This document shows, in pieces, positions 59,770-64,000 of a stretch of 64,000 bases of DNA. The translations under genes and the position numbers were made by a program. The notes under the pieces were generated by a model. That model was not told where the DNA came from. It ran no database searches and worked only from the letters and a program-made list of their open reading frames with translations. Positions within the stretch are counted from its first letter, which is position 1; each line of letters opens with the position of its first letter. Origin of the DNA: Dehalococcoidia bacterium (lineage in GTDB: Bacteria; Chloroflexota; Dehalococcoidia; UBA2979); NCBI GenBank assembly GCA_965262725.1, contig OZ253555.1:1248001-1312000 (forward strand), in the 5' to 3' direction.

Positions 59770-60540
59770 GTGACCAGCGAAGCGACCGCCACGCGCACCG
59801 TGACCCTCGAGGTCTTCCGCTACCACCCCGACCGAGACGACGCACCGTCGTTCCAGAGCTACGAGGTGCCCTACCGCGAGGAGTGGGTGGTCCTCGACGC
59901 GCTCAACTGGCTCAAGGACGAGGTCGACGGCACGCTCAGCTACCGCTGGTCCTGTCGGATGGGCGTCTGCGGCAGCTGCGGAATGATGGTCAACGGCCAG
60001 CCGCGGCTGACCTGCAACGCCTTCCTGCGCGAGCTCATGCCCGGGCCGATCCGTATTGAGCCGCTCCGCGGCTTCCCCGTCGAGCGCGACATGGTCACCG
60101 TCCTCGACGACTTCATGGAGAAGCTCACGGACGTGAAGCCGTGGATCATCCGCGAGCAGGAGCAGCCGATCGAGGAAGGCGAGTACCGCCAGACGCCCTC
60201 GCAGCTGGCCGACTTCAAGCAATTCAGCATGTGCATTAATTGCATGCTCTGCTACGCCGCCTGCCCCGTGTACGAGCACGAGGACGAGTTCATCGGTCCG
60301 GCCGCGCTCGCCCTCGCGCAGCGCTACAACCTCGACTCCCGCGATCAGGGCAACGCGCAGCGCCAGGAGCTGATCTGGTCCGACGAGGGCATCTGGGATT
60401 GCACGTTCGTCGGCGAGTGCAGCAGCGTCTGCCCGAAGAACGTCGACCCGGCGGGCGCGATCCAGCAGGCGAAGGTGGAGGCGACGAACAGCTTCTTCCT
60501 CTCATTCTTGCCCTTCACACCCCCGGGGATGGGTCGCTGA
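59770..60540 (+). CDS. frdB: Fumarate reductase iron-sulfur subunit
   Basis: [35 protein letters not shown]. Confidence 0.93.
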   Translation: MTSEATATRTVTLEVFRYHPDRDDAPSFQSYEVPYREEWVVLDALNWLKDEVDGTLSYRWSCRMGVCGSCGMMVNGQPRLTCNAFLRELMPGPIRIEPLRGFPVERDMVTVLDDFMEKLTDVKPWIIREQEQPIEEGEYRQTPSQLADFKQFSMCINCMLCYAACPVYEHEDEFIGPAALALAQRYNLDSRDQGNAQRQELIWSDEGIWDCTFVGECSSVCPKNVDPAGAIQQAKVEATNSFFLSFLPFTPPGMGR

Positions 60541-60542
60541 CG

Positions 60543-60932
60543 ATGCCCGGGCCGCTCCCGCGGACGAAGTCGAACGGCTGGTGGAACCGGCGCTGGGCGT
60601 ACCGCATCGTCCTGCTGCGCGAGTTCTCGGCGTTCCCCGTCGCGGCCTACATGGTGCTGCTGCTGCTGCTGGTCTCGCAGGTCCGCGAGGGCGAGAGCGC
60701 GTTCGCGGACTACCTCGACGTGCTGAAGAACCCGCTGCTCTGGATCGTGCACGCGGTGATCCTCGGCTTCGCCCAGCTGCACACCTCGACCTGGTTCCGG
60801 CTGATGCCGAAGGCCGTGCCGCTCAAGCTCGGGGGGTGGCGCGTCCCGGACGACCTGATCGTCGCAGGCGCTCACGGAGCCTGGCTGGCCGTCTCCGTGG
60901 TCGTGCTCGTGATCTTCCTGGTCCTGGCGTAG
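60543..60932 (+). CDS. frdC: Fumarate reductase membrane anchor subunit C (E. coli type)
   Basis: WW...YRIVLLRE, LKNP, LHTSTWFRLMPKA; three TM segments. Confidence 0.88.
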   Translation: MPGPLPRTKSNGWWNRRWAYRIVLLREFSAFPVAAYMVLLLLLVSQVREGESAFADYLDVLKNPLLWIVHAVILGFAQLHTSTWFRLMPKAVPLKLGGWRVPDDLIVAGAHGAWLAVSVVVLVIFLVLA

Positions 60933-60945
60933 AGGGGAGGACGGC

Positions 60946-61275
60946 GTGAGACCTTCGAACGAGCCGTTCTTCTGGGCGATCTTCTCCGCCGGCGGGATGA
61001 TCGTGGCATTCTTGATGCCGGTGCTGATCATCATCACCGGCTTCCTCGTGCCCGCCGGGGTCGTCGAGTTCGAGCAGCTTGAGAACCTGTTCGACTTCTG
61101 GCTCGTGCGGCTGGTCATTTTCGGCGTGGCGTTCTTCACCTTCATGCACGCCGCGCACCGCATCCGCCACACGCTCAAGGACCTCGGCCTGCGCTCGATC
61201 GCGACGCCGCTCGCCGTGGTCTGCTACCTCGCGGCGCTCGCCGGGACCGTCTGGGCGGCGACCGTCGTCCTGTAG
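60946..61275 (+). CDS. frdD: Fumarate reductase membrane anchor subunit D (E. coli type)
   Basis: RPSNEPFFWAIFSAGGM, HRIRHTLKDL. Confidence 0.9.
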   Translation: MRPSNEPFFWAIFSAGGMIVAFLMPVLIIITGFLVPAGVVEFEQLENLFDFWLVRLVIFGVAFFTFMHAAHRIRHTLKDLGLRSIATPLAVVCYLAALAGTVWAATVVL

Positions 61276-61537
61276 ACTGCTCCGGCAGACGACCCCCAGA
61301 GGCGGAAGGGTGCGATGGCCGCCCGACCCCGCGCGCTGTTCACCATCATCGGCTCGGGCGTTGCGATTGGCGCGGTCGCCGACCTGGCTGGGGATCCGCC
61401 CTCGTTCGTGACGGGCGGAGTCGCCGGAGTCGTCGTCGGCCCGCCGTCGCCGTCCTGGTGACCTTCGAAGCGACCCGAGCAGCACGCCCCCGCCTCTTGC
61501 GGCGGCGGAACGGCCGCGTCCCCGGCGCGCGGCCGGG

Positions 61538-62953
61538 TCAGGGGTGCGTCATCTCCTCCGGGCGGACCCACTCGTCGAACTGGGAGGCCTCGACGAGGCC
61601 AAGCTGCTCCGCGGCCTGACGCAAGGTTAGACTCTCGGCGTGCGCCTTCTTCGCCACCTTCGCGGCGTTGTCGTAGCCGATGTGCGGGTTCAGAGCCGTC
61701 ACCAGCATCAGCGAGGAGCGCATCAACTCCTCGATGCGCCGCTCGTTCGCGCGAATGCCGACGACGCAGTTGTCGGTGAACGAGCGCGCGGCGTCTCCCA
61801 GCAGGCGCAGGCTCTGCAGGTTGTTGTAGGCGATGACCGGCTTGAAGACGTTCAGCTCGAAGTGACCGCTGGAGCCGGCGATGCCGACCGTGACGTCGTT
61901 GCCCATCACCTGCGCGCACACCATGGTCAGCGCCTCGGGCTGCGTGGGGTTCACCTTGCCAGGCATGATCGACGAGCCGGGCTCGTTCTCGGGGAGTAGC
62001 AACTCCCCGATGCCGGCTCGCGGACCCGAGCCCAGGAACCGTATATCGTTCGCCACCTTCATTAGCGAGGTGGCGAATGTCTTGAGCTGGCCAGAGAGTT
62101 CCACTTGCGCGTCATGCGCGGCGAGCGCCTCGAACTTGTTGGGCGCGGTGACGAAATCAAGTCCGGTCAGGCGGGAGATCGCGTCGGCAACGCGTGTCCC
62201 GTACTCCGGGTGCGTGTTCAGTCCCGTCCCCACCGCGGTGCCGCCGAGTGCAAGCTCGCGGAGCCTCGGCTCGGTCGACCGGGCACGCTCCACCGCCTTC
62301 GACAGCTGCTCCGCGTAGCCTGAGAACTCTTGCCCGAGCGTGAGCGGCGTCGCGTCCATGAGGTGCGTGCGACCGATCTTTACGATCGAGTCGAACTCTC
62401 CCGCCTTCTTGGTGAGCGCGTCACGCAGGTGCGCCAGGGAGGGGACGACGTGGTGCGCGAGTTGCTCCGAGGTGGCGACGGCCATTGCTCCGGGGAAGAC
62501 GTCGTTCGAGGATTGCGACATGTTCACGTGGTCGTTGGGATGCACGGGGTCCTTGGATCCGCGTTCCCCGCCGAGCAACTCGATGGAGCGGTTCGCGATC
62601 ACCTCGTTGGCGTTCATGTTGCTCTGCGTGCCGGAGCCCGTCTGCCAGACGACGAGGGGGAAGTGCTCGTCGAGTCCGCCGTCGATCACCTGCTGCGCTG
62701 CCTGCCGGATCGCCTCCGCGCGGGATGCATCGAGCTTTCCGAGCTGCTCGTTCACGGTGGCCGAGGCGTGCTTCACGATCCCGAGTGCACGGATGAGCGG
62801 GCGGGGCATGCGCTCCTCGCCGATCCGGAAGTTCCGCAACGAACGCTCCGTCTGCGCACCCCAGTAGGCCCACGCCGGGACCGCGACCTCTCCCATCGTG
62901 TCGCTCTCGATGCGGGTCTGGACGTCACGCGCGTCGGACTGTGATGGGCTCAT
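61538..62953 (-). CDS. fumC: Class II fumarate hydratase
   Basis: [42 protein letters not shown]. Confidence 0.98.
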   Translation of the reverse strand: MSPSQSDARDVQTRIESDTMGEVAVPAWAYWGAQTERSLRNFRIGEERMPRPLIRALGIVKHASATVNEQLGKLDASRAEAIRQAAQQVIDGGLDEHFPLVVWQTGSGTQSNMNANEVIANRSIELLGGERGSKDPVHPNDHVNMSQSSNDVFPGAMAVATSEQLAHHVVPSLAHLRDALTKKAGEFDSIVKIGRTHLMDATPLTLGQEFSGYAEQLSKAVERARSTEPRLRELALGGTAVGTGLNTHPEYGTRVADAISRLTGLDFVTAPNKFEALAAHDAQVELSGQLKTFATSLMKVANDIRFLGSGPRAGIGELLLPENEPGSSIMPGKVNPTQPEALTMVCAQVMGNDVTVGIAGSSGHFELNVFKPVIAYNNLQSLRLLGDAARSFTDNCVVGIRANERRIEELMRSSLMLVTALNPHIGYDNAAKVAKKAHAESLTLRQAAEQLGLVEASQFDEWVRPEEMTHP

Positions 62954-63024
62954 GACAGCATCTCATTCGTCTGGTGGGGAACCCCGCGAGGTCCCCGTCG
63001 CATGCCGGCTGTCTCGGCCCGCGG

Positions 63025-63957
63025 CTATGCCGCGGGCGTCGCGGCGACCAGCTCCTTCACCGCCTCGCCGGCCGCCCGCATCGCGGCCGCCTCGGAGTCG
63101 GCAAGCGGAATCTCGAAGACCTGCTCCACGCCGCCGGCGCCGAGTAGCACCGGCACGCCGACGTAGCCGCCGTCCACACCGTACTGGCCGTCCAGCAGCG
63201 CGCAGGCGGGCAACACCCGCTTCTCGTCGAGTAGGATCGCCTCCACCATCTCGATGGTGGCGTAGGCGGGGGCGGTGAAGGCACTGCCGGTCTTGAGCAG
63301 TCCGACGATCTCGGCGCCCCCCTTGGTGGTCCGCTCCACGACGGCGCTCACGCGGTCGGCCGACAGCAGCTGTGTGATGGGTACCCCGCCGACACTGGCG
63401 TTGGCGACGATGGGTACCATCGTCGCCTCCGTGTGGCCGCCGAGCACCCACGCCGCGACATCGCGGGGTGACGTGCCGGTCTCCAGAGCAATGAATGTCC
63501 GGTAGCGGGCGGAGTCGAGCATGCCGCCCTGCCCCACGACACGAGCCGGGGGCAGCCCGCTGGCGGCGAGGGCGACGTGGCACATCGCGTCCATCGGGTT
63601 AGCGAAGATCACGAAGACGGCGTCGGGCGACTGATCGACCGCATGACCGACGACCGAGCGCACGATGCCGGCATTGGTTGCGAGCAGATCCTCGCGCGTC
63701 ATGCCGGGCTTGCGCGGGACGCCCGAGGTCACGACGACCACGTCGGAGCCGGCGCTGTCGTGCCAGTCCGCGGTGCCCGTGATACGGGCCGAGGAGGAGG
63801 CCCAGGGGCCCGCCTCCTGGATGTCGAGCGCCTTTCCGGCGGCCAGCCCCTCGACGATGTCCACGAGCACGACGTCGGCGTAGCCGCGCTGCGCCGCCAG
63901 CTGCGCCATGGTGGAACCGGTCATTCCGGCGCCAACGAACGTCACCTTCTTGCGCAT
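63025..63957 (-). CDS. mdh: Malate dehydrogenase (LDH-like)
   Basis: VGAGMTG, PRKPGMTREDL (substrate Arg), NPMD, LDSAR, LGGH. Confidence 0.95.
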   Translation of the reverse strand: MRKKVTFVGAGMTGSTMAQLAAQRGYADVVLVDIVEGLAAGKALDIQEAGPWASSSARITGTADWHDSAGSDVVVVTSGVPRKPGMTREDLLATNAGIVRSVVGHAVDQSPDAVFVIFANPMDAMCHVALAASGLPPARVVGQGGMLDSARYRTFIALETGTSPRDVAAWVLGGHTEATMVPIVANASVGGVPITQLLSADRVSAVVERTTKGGAEIVGLLKTGSAFTAPAYATIEMVEAILLDEKRVLPACALLDGQYGVDGGYVGVPVLLGAGGVEQVFEIPLADSEAAAMRAAGEAVKELVAATPAA

Positions 63958-64000
63958 GCTTCCCCTTCTCCGCTCGGGACCGTCCGCCTGTCGGACACAG

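Overview
High-GC bacterial chromosomal window. A monoderm Chloroflexota of the Dehalococcoidia/SAR202-like type is my inference, from the luciferase-like monooxygenase, the N-terminally membrane-anchored OppA, the lack of lpxC after ftsZ and the many apparently leaderless genes. 1-13 kb is an accessory catabolic region: amidohydrolase-2, two-Cys maleate isomerase, MmgE/PrpD, tandem CMD/AhpD, LLM, a non-canonical alpha/beta-hydrolase, a PNPOx-like protein and two paralogous family-5 solute-binding proteins with no signal peptide or permease. 13-33 kb is a minus-strand dcw cluster (mraZ to ftsZ, lacking murE and murB) followed by nrdR, yggS, proC and yggT. 33-54.6 kb is housekeeping: mogA, trmD, rplS, priA, def, yajC-secD-secF, selB, hemW, aspS, oppABC and tig-clpP-clpX. 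54815-55676 is a structurally complete but ORF-less group II intron. It splits a small leaderless ORF that, only after splicing, ends in an ATGA overlap with the start of nadK (nadK-argA-NUDIX); this is the most striking observation. The window ends with E. coli-type frdABCD, fumC and mdh. Other oddities are SecF with an inserted SH3b-like domain and FtsZ with a ~130-aa N-terminal extension. No rRNA, tRNA or CRISPR array was recognised. All calls come from motif recognition by eye; no searches were run.
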